Shown: one piece after another, positions 39,480 through 53,013 of the stretch
How positions within the stretch are numbered: position 1 is the stretch's first letter
How the letters are laid out: each line of letters opens with the position of its first letter
Source: Cenococcum geophilum
Taxonomy: Eukaryota
DNA: 64,000 nucleotides
Assembly (NCBI GenBank): GCA_050273025.1
Contig: CP158635.1
Location: 4,774,001-4,838,000 of the forward strand
Reading direction: 5' to 3'
Program-made: the position numbers and the translations under genes
Notes under the pieces: generated by a model
Databases searched by the model: none
What the model was told of the DNA's origin: nothing
Seen by the model: only the letters and a program-made list of their open reading frames with translations

Positions 39480-42400
39480 GCCGCCAAAAAATCTATATAG
39501 CGATATGTAATGACCAATAGACGTAGAGGCGTGGAGGTTATAATAACTAATACTGTTTAAAAGCGTAGCGCCTTGTCTTCTAGAAAGTAGTCTGTTGACT
39601 TATCTAGATTAAGGGCAACCTCTAAGGCTACCTAGGTGCTTAGTAATCTGTCTATTAAAGCCCTATAATAGCTAAATACTATACCTATACTATTCTATAA
39701 AATAAGCTTTGCTGTATATAGTTACCTAGACAAAATGCCATTTACTAGGGCCCCTATTCTATATGGATTTGTATTAAAAACTAAGCATAAGCATCTATTA
39801 TCCAATTCTCTAGAGAAAATTAATGTATATTACTATGGATATAACAAGCTATAGGCCGCGATAAGTAAAAACTTCTTAGTGGATAAATATAGGGATGGCT
39901 GGACTATAGTAGATCTGACTACTAGTATACTAATTCTTAACTATATAAACCTAGTATTTATAGTGCTTTCTATAAAGAAGGCCGGACTTAATATAATTAT
40001 AATTAGAGTTAAAGATTCTAATCGGATTACAAAGCGTAAGAGACTTTATAATTTATAAGATTATATAATATTATATAGAGTTGTCTAACGTATATTTATA
40101 GGTATAAGATTTAATAAGGGTGATTTTAAGTCTAACTCTAACCCTAATATTATATAACTAGTGCCGACTAGAAGAAGAATAGATATACCTGCCCTAGGTT
40201 AAAGTAGTTATAAGTAGTTAACCCTAGAGTCCACGCTACCTATACCTAAGCAGTTAAATCTAAACCCTATATTAACCCTAAAGTCTATACCACCTATACC
40301 TACTAATACATTATTAGCTGTACGGCCGGCTATAATTAAAACTACTTATAGCTAGACCTGTAGTAGTAAAGACTAGCCCCTACTAGATAAATTAGAGCTC
40401 TTAAAAGGCGTAGATCTAGATAAAGTGCAAATATTTAAAATAATGCTATAGGATAAAATAAAAGGATAGTGTAATAAATGGCCAAAGTCTAATCGCGAAA
40501 TATTTATTGATATATTATTTAAGGATATAAATAATGACCCTAACCTAATTTATATTAGGGAAATTAATCTTAACCGCATATAGGAGCGCCGCCACTTTAA
40601 CGCCTTAATTAACCCTATTTTAACTAATAAGGAACTAGAAGATAAGCATAAGGATAAAATTAAGGAGGTTAATTAGGAAGTTAATTACCTAAAGGATATG
40701 CAAGAAGTATATATTAACCTAATATTATGGGTAAAGGCGCTATAGTTCCTCTTATTTCTGTTAACTGTTTATAACACTCTTTAAGACGTAACCTTCTATT
40801 TATATGGCATAAAAAAGGGTAAAGCTATATAGATATATTAGCTGCTTAGTATTACCCATACTCTTCTTAATTGTGTAACCCTAAGTGGGACCTTTCTTAC
40901 GGATATAATGGGTTTAGGTAAGACACTTTAAATGCTTTTAATCTAGTATACCGGCGTGTTAATAACTAAGATTAACCTTAACTAGCTTAATTAGAAAAAT
41001 CAAAAAGGTAGAGATAAAAGTCTCTACTTTGCCCCTAATACGGATAAACACCCGCAGCCGCCTAACGCCTAATACCTAAGTTAAATAGATGGCATGCTAC
41101 AGTGCTATTATGTTAAGGGAAGTATTGCTAGAAAATTTCTTAACTGGCTAGTAGGACCAACTATATATATTACTAGACAGAATCTACTACCCTAAGTGGT
41201 TAAAGACGTTAAATTATGGTTTAAGACCTTAGAACTAAATAATTTTATTCCTAGAGGTAAACTATAAGTCCGTGTGCGCTATACGGCTTTTATTAGGTCT
41301 AGTATAAAGAACTATAATTTTACGGATAAAGATAGGGATATTCTTAAACCTATAAAATATAAAGGAGAAGGCGAAGTGGTCTAGTAGAAAATGGACCTAA
41401 GATTGGCTTTATATCTTATAATTACGACCTTATAAACTTAGGTAATAACCTAGACCGCTTAGGAACAGCATAAAACCATTTTTAATCTCTATAGAGACGG
41501 TGGTCCTTATTGTATTATTAGTGGGATTTTTATTAACGAGTTCTATACAGATAGGTTAGAGATAGGTTATCTAATAAAAATCGCTAAATAAGTATATAAT
41601 AATTAAGTAGTATTTCCTTGCTTCTAATACCTAGGCCGGTCTTATAAGGACGGTAATGGTAAAATAACCTACTATACCTCTTGACCTTTAGTAGTATTTA
41701 CTTCCGGTATACTAACTAGCGAAGGTTTTATAAGTCTAATTCCCGCCTTAGAAATTTTTAGGGCCCCTAATTAGACAGATTCCCTAAATATAAAATTAAT
41801 TAATAATTGTAATGTTAAAGCGTTAATTAAATATAAAAAGCTAGGAGTAGTTAATCGCTCTTCTCTTCCGAATAAGGTTATTATAGGCTTTAAAGAATGC
41901 TCCTCTTTAATTGTAAAGGTCTTAATTATGCGTAGGATAGGGGAAGACCGATGGTTTAATGGGAGGGTGATTAATAAGCTACCACTAGTCGTTTACTAAG
42001 ACTGCTATATAATAAACGATTTAATATTCAAACCGTATATTAAGAAGCTCTAGCGTGGAGCATCCTTAAAAGCTTTTAAATAGCTAAATAAAGCTTTTAG
42101 ATACTAAAAAGCTAAAGGAAGAAAAGGAGAAGAACCCATCTTTAATATAGATTAATTTCTGGAGGGAGCCGGTCGCTTATTAAAAATTTTTGCCATCTTT
42201 TTAGGCCTGGCTAAGGTAGGAGATAAGTGGCAGGATGTGTGGTAGAAGGATGAGACAAAAGTTGGAATAAAGCCGAGGTGGATAGTTAATAAGTTCTATA
42301 GCAAAAAATGGGATAAACCTTTAGACGAGAATCCACTTTAGAAGAATTAGAGCATAATTACTAACTTTAGGAAACTAAATAGAATTATAAAATATATTAA

Positions 42401-42983
42401 TAAAGTACTTAAAAGGAATCCTAATAAGAGATTACTATTTAGTAGTTATAAACCAGCGGTATATACGCTATTACGCCTTATAAGTTAGCTATTAGACTAG
42501 TAGTAAACTATTACTAATAATATAATATAGTATTTCTATAAAAGGCTTAGCCAGTCTAAATATTTAACTATTTGCTAAATAGAGTCTAGGATATCCCTAA
42601 AAGACTAGGAGGATATCTATAAAGCGTTTTATATTCTAATAGGCGGTCTTTACTAGAATAACATAGTCTAGTTTCTTATTATTAACTAAAGAGTTAGAGG
42701 AGAGGGTTTAAATTTAGTCTCTATATATAGAGTCCATCTGCTTAAACTAGTAATAATAGTAGATATAAAGGTGTAAGTGTTCGGCCAAGCTGCTAAATCT
42801 AGATAGCCAGCGCTAGTAGTTACTATATTAATAATATATAGTACGGATAAGTAGAACCTAATTAATATAGTTATATTAGCAAGGCGTATAATAACTAAAA
42901 GGATAATGATTAATAAGTCTTATAAAGTGTTTAAAGCCCAACCTACTTAGTAGGCTGATAATGATGTAATGGAAATAGCGTAG
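39480..42983 (+). pseudogene. SNF2-family (SF2) helicase/ATPase cargo gene, RIP pseudogene
   Basis: Motif I GTFL(A)D(M)MGLGKTL(Q) at 40887-40931, motif II IFI(D)EF(H) near 41526, motif III VFTSG(TP) near 41694 (all one frame). Motif V V(G)GEGLNL near 42693, motif VI (Q)VFG(R)AA near 42775. Probable intron near 42480-42530. Start uncertain. Confidence 0.85.
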
Positions 42984-43299
42984 CTGGTGTAGTTGGAGTA
43001 GCGACCCCCTATAATAAGAGTATGTCTTAGTATAATGTATATATATATAGATAATATATAACTATTTAATATTTTGTAATATATTATCTTAGTATTAACT
43101 ACCTTATAACTAACTAAACCTTAAAAAGTTTAAATTTTATCCGGATTAATATTACTTTAGCTACTAACTACTTTAATACCTGTTAAGTAATCTAGCCTAT
43201 AACCCTACTAACTCTCATTCCTAATATATATTAATAATTCCTATTAAGGTGTATCCTCTCTACTAATAGACTATATATATATGCCATCTTTATTATTCT

Positions 43300-45400
43300 A
43301 AAAGCCTAATTAGTATATAAGAGGATTATCCTATAACTAAAGCTCCCTTTATATCTTAAATTATTATAAGAAGTAAGACGGCATTAGAATAAACAAACTA
43401 ATGTTTATAACTACCGCTTTCGTCTACTAATTGCATAGTTGCAGCGTATATACGTAGTTATCTGCTATAAGGGGGAACTATCAGTAGTAGTTTTTAAGAT
43501 CTCACTATCCCGTATAAAACTTTCACTACTGCTTATAACGTCTTAACGACTACTAGCTCCTACCTATACGCTATGCGACGTCTATATAAAATCCCTAACG
43601 GCAAAGAAAAGTATACCCTGATTATTTTATTTAATCTGCCTCCTGCCTTTTTCTATTAGTGTAAGATATCGAATTAACCTATAATATAATGCTGACTGGA
43701 ATAATTGGCAAACCTAGCTCTACTAGACAAATGTGCTTAATTATAAGGACTAAAACCCTGTTACTATTAAGCTTATTATGCTATAAAATAAAAGGGCTAT
43801 TATTAATATTGGTATATTTTAAAGGCACTTTATTAGCCGGCACTAATAGATATAAGTTAATGGACTACCTACTACTTTATATTTAACGGTTTTAAGAACA
43901 ACAGGGCAAAATATGCTGTTATTCGTTATGCTTTTACTAACTACAATATTTAATTTATTATAGGCCAGAAATTTGACCTTAAAGATAAGTGAAAGGCAGA
44001 CTTTTAGGATATATTAGATATATTATGGATAAAACCTTTATATAACCTACCCGCATTAGAATACCTTAATAGCAGTACTATACCGTTAGATTTTACTATT
44101 AGGTATTAGTAACCGAGCAACCTTAAATCTTCCCCTTGTTGCCCGGCCCTAAGCCTTATTACGTTGCTAAGACTTATTACATTATTAAGTTTTATTATAT
44201 TGCCGCCGAGCCTTATCACGTTACTAAGCCTTATTATATTATTAAGTCTTATTATATTGCTAAGCCTTATTACGTCGCCAAGCCTTATTATATCGTTAAG
44301 TCTTATTACATTACTAAGTTTTATTATATTGCCGTTAAGCCTCATTATATTATTAAGCCCTATTGTATTGCCGCCGAGCCTCCTAGCTAGATTAAGTAAT
44401 TGGACGTCGCGCATTTAACTCCTAGGCGTGGCGGGTTTGATTCCTACTTATCGCGTATTAAAAATATTAAAAATATTAAAAAAGAAGGTCGTTTCCTATT
44501 AAATTAGGCGTTAGTAAGGCTCTAAATTAAGCTTATATTTTTATACGTGTCCCGCAACGCCTAAAGTTATATATTTAACGAAATCTTAGCACTATATACT
44601 AAGCATATCGGCTCTTCCACGTTAAGTTTTAATTATATTGGGCTAGCTCTAAATTATAGCAAGAGGCAGAACGTACTATACTACTACACTATAAGGACTT
44701 TGGAATATAATCTTATAAATTTAACTAAATTATAACCCCTTTCTAAACCTTACGATTAAACCAGATCCTTAGGGAGAGATCCCTATATTAAATCTTAGGG
44801 AACGTTTAGTTGCGACTTTAGATTAAATTTAAAGGCTGTAGAATATATCCGAGCTAAAGCTTAAATCTAATTCTAACGCGATTGTTTAGTTAATCTAGTA
44901 ACTTTCTAATCTAAAAGCTCCTCTAAATCGGCAAGCGCGTTAAATTCATAAGCTATACCGTATATAGAATCTAAATTTATAAATATAGGGTATCTCTGTT
45001 ACTGTAGTGGCTACTATAGTAACGGGGGCGCTATATTTTAGTGAGTAGTTAATTTACTATATCTCTACCACTGCAGTGGCGAGGTACCTTAAGTTTAACA
45101 TTACGCTAAGCATTATAACTTTCCTGTAGTAACTGAGCAACCCTAAACTAAAGTAATTGTAGAACTTACTATGCTACTGCGCTATAAAGGCCCTTAGTTA
45201 TAGTCTTATAAATTTAATTAAAATATAAACACCTTCCTAAATCTAATAATTGAATATTTCTACGTGTAATACTATACCAAGGATTATAATATAGATTGCT
45301 TAGATATGGCTTTACTACAATATAACGGCTCTATGCCAATTAATTGATCTATAAGAGATTTGGGTAGTAAAATTACTGCTAAGAGTTACTGCCCGGATCC
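43300..45400 (+). pseudogene. Unidentified cargo gene with an internal repeat
   Basis: One frame has few stops, mostly RIP-type, across 43861-44400 (WTTY.F.F.GFKNNRAKYAVIRYAF...). No family recognised. Confidence 0.35.
44151..44380 (+). repeat. 18/21-bp frame-preserving minisatellite, about 12 units
   Basis: Unit AAGCCTTATTACGTTGCT with variants; probable ancestral unit GAGCCTCATCACGTCGCC. Confidence 0.9.
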
Positions 45401-45459
45401 TGGCCGATAAATACCCATAACTATAATCTTAGTAAATGGCAAAAAGTATATAGTAGTAC

Positions 45460-45655
45460 TGAGACAATAGCAGGATAATATAAGATAATAATAAGACAAT
45501 ATAATATAATGGTAGGATAATGATAGGATAATATAACATAATGGTAGGATAATGACAGGATAATATAACATAATGGTAGGATAATGGTAGGATAATATTA
45601 GGACAATATAATATAATAGTAGGACAATAGTAGGACAATATAAGATAATATGAAA
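45460..45655. repeat. Low-complexity GGATAAT/ATAAT repeat
   Basis: Repeated GGATAATGRYAGGATAATATAACATAATGGTA-like units. Confidence 0.8.
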
Positions 45656-46952
45656 AAATAAAATATAAGATATAAAAAGAGGGAGCCCTAACGCTTCCTT
45701 TTCTTCCTACTCCTATGGCCCTGGCGCCTAATATAGTGTAATATCGTCTATCTATATAAGCGATAGTATTAAGACAGTTAGAAGTACTAGGAAATTTTAT
45801 AAAGTATATATTACTTTAAGTAATATACCTAAATAACTAGTCTAGCGTATGGTTTGTATAACATATAACAATAACAGGGGGATCTCCCATTGTTATATTG
45901 CTAAGTAACGCCTTTAAAGCTACGTTTTTCTAGTGCCTAGAGGTCTTTAAATTATTATAAGACGCTTTATAAGAACTCGTTTCAGTACAGTAACTTAAGA
46001 TTTATTAAGCCCTATAGTAGTTATATCTAACCAGTCTTTAAGAATATAAATATTCTTAAATAAGGAAGTATTTTTAATAGCTATAATTAAACTAAGATCC
46101 GTATAAGGCTTATTTATAACATATTATAATGCTTTAATATTTTATTAAACTTAAATAAAGTGTTCTAATAACGGGAATCTATTAGTGGTTAGATATCTTC
46201 TTATTTAGAAAATATTACACACTTACGGCTCTCTTATTAGCTTTTATAATGCCAATATAGTATAGTAACTAACTTTATAAAATCTAGTTTATTCCTTAAC
46301 TATTGTCTATAATACGGATAAGTTAATCTTAATATCTTTAGGTCTTAAAGAATAAGTTAACCTCTAAGGGATTCTGTTTTAATACGGCTAATGGTCTCGC
46401 CGCCACTATTATAAGTATATATTTTGTTTAAAAATTGTTAGTCTTGGGAGTTAAAATAACTAAAGACCTGGCGACTAGTCTTTTTAACTAATCCTAATAA
46501 ATTATCTTCCCTACTCTCCTGAGTGAGAACGCTATATAGATTACTAGCCCTTAAGGTGAAAATATTACTAAGCTGGTATAGACCTTGCAGATATTAGGGG
46601 ATAACTGCTTTAGAATTATGGCATGCTTACCTATTTATATATACTAACTCTATTACTATATCTAGATTCCGGCAAACTAAAAAGGGTCTACTTTAATTTA
46701 ACCTACTACCTCTCTTAACGGTTTAATCGTATCTTCTCTTAAAAGATTATATTAAGAGCTTAGATACTCCTTTATTAAGCTATACAGACCTAAGATCTTA
46801 TTAACTTATAGTGGAATATCTCTGTTTTTACTGATAATATTCTGGCCCTTATTAGGGATATTAAGTATTTTAGTAGAAGTCGGGACCTTTAATTGTGCTA
46901 ACTAGGCTCTACTAGTTATAGGCTAACTAGGCGTCTTAAAGTATTAGTAAAT

Positions 46953-47087
46953 ATAGTTACTAGTATATATTAAGCTGCCTAGAAAGGATTTATATATATA
47001 GAACTATAGCACTATAGCCTAGAGGCTGTATGCGTATTATTGTACGTAGTATAATATAATAAATATATAAAAAATATATAAAAAAAA
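46953..47087 (+). mobile_element. About 135-bp 3'-terminal fragment of LINE A inserted in the Plavaka element
   Basis: Matches 59080-59207, has an A-rich tail, and an imperfect 14-bp TSD AAGTATTAGTAAAT / AAGTATTAATGAAT. Confidence 0.88.
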
Positions 47088-49771
47088 AAGTATTAATGAA
47101 TTTGGGTACTAAATTAAGCTTATAAACGGAGACGTAAAAGGGATAGAAGGTTATAAGTCTAAGTAGTATAGCGGGTAAAGAAGCGTTCGCTAATACGCTT
47201 ATTTATTTCTTATAAGATATTTAACTAATTGTTTTATATAATAACTAAATAATATACCTATCTATACAATTCTGTACATCGGTCTTAGCGCGTAATTAAG
47301 ACGTCTTTCCTGCCATACCTCCCCCAACGCTTCTAAAATTATAGCACTAATAATAAACCTAAGCTATAATACTAAAGACACTCTTAAGTGAGATCTAGGG
47401 CTTATAAACGAATAATATAATATAATCTACTATAATGTTGAAATTAAAATGTCAACGCGTGGGCTCCTTAGATAGCTACTATGCTCCCTTATAAGCAAGG
47501 CATAAATACGGTAAATATTAAACAAAATCTCTAACGAATTCTTATCTGTATTTCTAGGTTTACCTAAGAACCTATATACTAAATATGTTAAATAGCTTAC
47601 CTAGCGCTATAGCTATAACGCGACGCGTTAAATAAATAAAACGGCTCCTACTAGGTAAATTATAATAGGTAACCCAGTACTCCTATACTTCGCCATTGCG
47701 TATTATCTACTAGCTAGCATACTAAAGGCAATAAGGTAGGAGGGAATACTAAGGTTATATAGAATAATAATAATACTAATCTAGCGGGCAGCTAACGAAG
47801 AGCTAATAATTATCCTAACCCGAAAGCTAGTAACTAGTAAGAATGACGCTCTAAATATATACGTTGATAATCTAAGCTTTAATATATTTGTAGACATACT
47901 AGGCTAGGATATTAACTTTAACCTTAAGAGCGAAACGCTTTACTATTATATTGGCGATAAGATAGCTAGAGGACGAATTTAGCTTATAAACGAAGAGAAA
48001 TGGCGTAGTGTAGTTAAGGATATATTTCTATAAGAAATGGATAGGTTTTTATTTATAATAGAATAAAGAAGAATAAGTAGGTTACTACTTAAAGTTAAGC
48101 CAGCGTTACTAACTTGTATTTATAGTTTACGCTATTAGCTAAGAATAATATAATTACTTACCCTCTATTTCCGTACCCTTGCCTTTACTAGATAACTTAT
48201 ACTCTATATATATAAGAATAGGTAGAACTAGTAAACGGGTTAATACTAAGGCGATACTTAACCTATAGCTGTCCTAAAAAACCTCTCCTAGTTAAAAAAG
48301 AGCCCTTACTCTACGCCTTAACCCGCAATAGAAAAGGCGAAGGTAACTATAACCGCAGTATAGATTATGCGCCTTAAAGCCACTACTTTATCTAGAATGC
48401 TTGCTGGTTTAATGAATTACTATATATAAAGGTAGACGGCTTAATAGAGCCCCTTAGTATACTATTAGGCGAGGGAGTCTTAGAATAATATAACCTAAAA
48501 TATTCTTATAACTTATCCGGCATTCTTAAAACGCCTAAGGGGATTGGACAATAAAGCCTAAGGTTTATACCTATTCTTTTTAGTGAACTTATTAGGGTAA
48601 TATATATTAATACTGTCCCTAGCTCGCTCTTAGTATCTAACACCCAATCCTTATATTTATGCTTGCGCTTTCCTTACCATTTTGCTAAATTTAATTGCTA
48701 TTGTAATATATATATAGGGGATAGGTTAGGCTTACTATAGGCTAGCGGGGTTAATGACGCGGAAGAATGACGTTAGATATTTATGGTAGAAATACTAGGT
48801 GTTGTATAAGGGTGTGGAATATAGCGATATGACTATATAGAAGTGTGATTACTGTTCTGTATGCCGCCTATACCTACCCTAGTATTATCTATACTAGCGA
48901 GCTGCATAAATAAAATAGATAAGCTTTACTTTAAGTGTGAGACGGGTGTTAAACCTAGTATAGGTAGACTGGAATAAGGTATAGGATCTAAAAGCTAGCG
49001 CCCTAGGTGGGTAAAGTAGTTTAATAAGGTACCTCCCTGTTAAATTCAGACACGAGCCTTACTAGCCTACTGCTTTTGTTGCCGGGATTAACGTTTAACC
49101 TTTTGTATACGTATACTATATCTACTAAGGGATATACTAATAGAATAAAATAGTTTCGCGTATAATAGCAAATAGTATTAGACAATCTTTAACTATATAA
49201 TAATGTTTTCTTAACTACTAACTTAACGCGAGTTAATAGGTTATGGTCGCGGCTTAATTGCAACTAGTTAGAACTAGCAGCTAATTATAATAAATGCACC
49301 CCTATTTAAGTTATTTGCAAGCACTATAGTAATAATACTCCTACTAATACTGCTATTAGTCTAATATATACCATACCAGTATACATTCTTTTAAGTTATT
49401 AATCTATATACGCCCTAGATATTATAGAAATAGCTATAAGGTAACCTATTCTAGCTATAAGCTATACCTTTTACTAACTAGGCAAATATAGAAGTGTTAC
49501 TATAGTAGGTAAACGTAAAAACGCGTTATTAAATACTTAAACTAGTAGTAAGAACCCTACTTTAAGTTAACATAGGATAAGGAAACGAGGATAACTAGTA
49601 TAATTAACCTTATGTCTCTACCTAGCCTACTGCTAAGAGTTGCCTATATTCTAGCTAATAGAAGGAAGAACGCGCTAATAGAGAACAAGTACGTAGAACC
49701 TAGCTAGGACGAGTATATAGAACCTAGCCAGAATAAGTACGTGGAACCCAGCTAGAATAAGTAATATTATA

Positions 49772-50077
49772 ACTCTGGTCTAGTTATATCTGGGTATAGA
49801 GAGGAGTAGGCATATAATAGACCCTATTAACGTTAAATATAATATATTAAGCTAGCTAACAATATATAAAATGTATATAGCCGCCTCCGGCTTAAAAGGG
49901 TAATATCTAATAATAAGAATAGCGACTCTGGTCTAGTTATATTTGGGTATAAAGAGGAGTAGGTATATAATAGACCCTATTAATATTATATATAATATAT
50001 TAAGCTGGCTAATAATGTATAGAATGTATATGGCCGCCTCTGGCTAAAAAGGGTAATCTCTAATAATAAGGATAGTG
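49772..50077 (+). repeat. 153-bp tandem duplication, preceded by a 24-bp x3 repeat near 49683-49760
   Basis: ACTCTGGTCTAGTTATAT... begins at 49772 and 49925. Both unit lengths are multiples of 3. Confidence 0.85.
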
Positions 50078-51804
50078 ACTATGAGTTTATACCTACTTCT
50101 TCTATAAAATAATAGCAACTAAATATTAATAAATCTACTAAATCTATTAATAATCTGGTAGTAGAACTAGCTTAGTTAAAGACGCGAAGTCCTAATCTTT
50201 TAGTTAAGGTAGGTTATACCTTTATATATAACCGGAGTCTAACTACAATACTTAATAGTCTCCTCTACTATTTAGTATTTAGTAAGCCCTAGTAAATAGA
50301 ACACTCTCTTTACTATCTAACCGCCTACCGCTATAAAAAGCAGCATCTTTATAATATACCTCCGGCTCTTAACAATTGCGTATTAGTTTAAAATACTCTC
50401 CTATACGCCTAATCCGTACCTTACCGCGTAAATAATTACGTGCTAGTTTGAAATACTCTCTTACGCGCCTAATCTAAACCTTATTACGTAAATAACTAAC
50501 ATTTAGCTTTATATTCTTCCTAGTAAGCCATATTCACCTAAACCCTAATATAGCTTCGTCTATAAAACAAGTAACCTCCCTCTAATATAGAGTACACTAA
50601 TCTAGTATTTAATCTGAAGGGGACCTAGATAGCACTAGGGAAAGTGAGGACGAGTTAGACTATGATAATTTTGACCTAACTGCCGCAATACGGGCAAGAG
50701 AAGAGTACCTCTAGATATTATAATGGCGATATATAAAAGAAAACCCACCTAAGAGACATAAGCCTATATTTGCGCTTTATAGGTCTATTTTACTAGTAAG
50801 GCTAGTAACTAACTCTAGGACTTATAACGGGTATCTTATTAACCCGTAGTTCGACCGCTTTCTAGGCCTTATTAAGGATATAATAAAAAAGGTATAGTTA
50901 GAAGCTATTTTAAAGCAGCTAAAAGTAGTATAAAAAAAAGCTAATAGTATTCCTAACCTGGTGTCCGCTTATAAGGTATCTATATACTAGAAATATTATA
51001 TTAAATTGTTTACTAATAATCTTAATATTATATATAGCTATTTAACGTAATAGGGAACTTTAGGAACTATACGATTATAAAGGCTCGTATAGTTATAAGG
51101 GAGGTATATAGGCTAGGGTTTAACAACACGCCTAAACTAATCATAGAACTACTAACTAATTATAATTTTATTGCGCTAGATTATATAAAGGTATTTTGCC
51201 TGTGCTATTTAGTAAAATACTAATAAGAGTTAATAGCTAAGTAATAACCGCTTCTGTTTTAACGCGATAGTTGCTAGTATAGCTAGTATATTTTATAGTA
51301 GAGGAAGAAACGGCCTTGCCTAATTACCCTGCTCTTATAATATATTTAAAAAGCTTACTAATAATACTATTATTTTTGTTTTAATAGCAATATATTATAT
51401 AATTAGGGAGTATAGAACTGGGTCTAAGGGAACAGATAACTTTTATAGCACTATTGTTAGCGGTTAGTATATATCCGGTATTTTACTACCTATTATTATT
51501 CTCTAACCCGTTATAGAAGCCTACGCTAACCTCTTAGGTAGCTAGAACCAGATATCTAGAAAACGGCAATCTAGAATCTGGCTGCGGCTTTAGCCTATAG
51601 TTATTAAATATACTATAGGCCTAATGCCAGATTAATTAACTATAGAAATTATTAAGGACCTGTATAAAGATAACCTTAACGACCTTATAGTGGATCTAAG
51701 TAATGATGTAAGAGAGAGGTTCCTTATAAGCCTTAGCGACAACAAAACTAACGCGATTATTAACTTAGGCTATTTATTAGTGAGCCGGGCTATACTATCT
51801 AATC

Positions 51805-51942
51805 TACTAAGTCTGTCTTAAAGGGAGAGCTCTAGAGTAGGCTAGACTAGTTTACTAAGTCTGTCCTAAATAGAGAGCTCTAAAGTAGGCCAGACTAGTC
51901 CACTAAGTCCGTCTTAAAGGGAGAGCCCTAGAGTAAGCTAGA
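51805..51942 (+). repeat. 48-bp tandem repeat, about 3 copies
   Basis: YACTAAGTCYGTCYTAAAKRGAGAGCYCTARAGTARGCYAGA at 51805, 51853 and 51901. Confidence 0.85.
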
Positions 51943-52666
51943 AAATCTAGGGCCCTACTACTACTATAATATTTACTAATTTAACTTTTGGAACTAGCTA
52001 AGTTTATTAAATTTAGTAGAATATATATCCTCCGCCTTAGTATACTACTTTATTCTAAATATAGGAACCGGTAAGCCTAGGCCGGAAAGGTTTAAATCTA
52101 ATAAGTTATTTATATAATTTAAGCAGTACTATAGCCTTATAGAGGACAGCTATAGCTAGTATAGTAACGGAAAAGCAATATTAAATTTAATTAAGAATGA
52201 GGAGTAGTATATAAAGTTTATAATATATGCTCTGGACTCTAGTATAGAGGAGCTAGTAGAGTTTTTAGTAGGAGATTAGGTATAGGACTTTTTATACTCT
52301 CCTATAGGATAACTACGGCTTCTTTATTATATATACTAGCTCTTAATCTACCTTTCTTTTAGCCTATATCTGCTACTCTTAGTAGCTACTTTTTGGCTAT
52401 ATATATACGCTATGCTAGCAAAGCTAAATACTTATAGTATATTATTGTCGCAGGGAGAGTAGGAAAGGTCTTATGCTTTTAGAATATATTATAAAACAGT
52501 TAGGATATTATATTAAATTGTCTAAAATAATATAATAGATTGTATAAAGAAGTGTATATAATTTACCTTACTAGCCTTATAAATAGCTTTAAAGTAGCCT
52601 TTATTTATTATCTAAAATATACTATTAGTATAAAAGAGGTAGATGGCTCTAAATACAATTATAGTT

Positions 52667-52733
52667 GTAGGTTATGTGTAGGTTGCGCGTAGGTTGCGTG
52701 TAAGTTGCGCGCAGGCTGCGCACAGGCTGCGTG
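52667..52733. repeat. Right subterminal 11-bp repeats of the Plavaka element
   Basis: GYAGGYTGCGY repeated about 6 times. Confidence 0.85.
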
Positions 52734-53013
52734 TTAAAAAAACACAACATAGGCTAGTCGGTCGAGTTGCCAAATGCCCTTAACTGCGCGCCAATTGCGT
52801 CAACCACTAACTATTAAGGCCATTAGTAGGGTACTATATTTTGCCGATATACTCTATTTCCTAAACCCCCTTCTTCTACTAGCTCTATAGAGTAGAAGAA
52901 CTATATTATAGATAGTAAATAGGAATAGCTAGAACTAAAGAAGATGGAGGTTAAATAAGTAATCTTCTCTAGCTCTAATAAAAAAGCTCTAGGGCTAAAT
53001 AAGCTATCCTTTA

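Larger units (their letters stand above)
47449..52320 (+). pseudogene. One or more degraded intron-containing cargo genes; 3' part resembles fungal DUF6532-type proteins
   Basis: Intron-like signals near 48078-48125. ...FKKLT(DD)TIIFV(ST)AIYI(T)IREYRTG near 51346-51422 recalls the 'TAI..AL.EW.TG' pattern. This family call is from memory and untested. Confidence 0.4.
33041..52849 (-). mobile_element. 19.8-kb Plavaka-type (CMC/EnSpm superfamily) DNA transposon with cargo genes
   Basis: 14-bp TIRs TATCGGGAAAATAT and revcomp TATCGGCAAAATAT (13/14 match). 2-bp TSD TA at 33039-33040 and 52850-52851. Subterminal repeat arrays. Removal restores the LINE A frame AFIT-TLFPKPP. Confidence 0.9.

Noticed and set aside
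44106..44418. Three overlapping repeat-protein ORFs
   Set aside because: They are open only because of the 18-bp repeat. The Ile/Leu/Tyr-rich translations are RIP artefacts.
33041..52849. Starship element
   Set aside because: No DUF3435 tyrosine-recombinase captain recognised. The element has TIRs, a 2-bp TSD and a Plavaka transposase instead.
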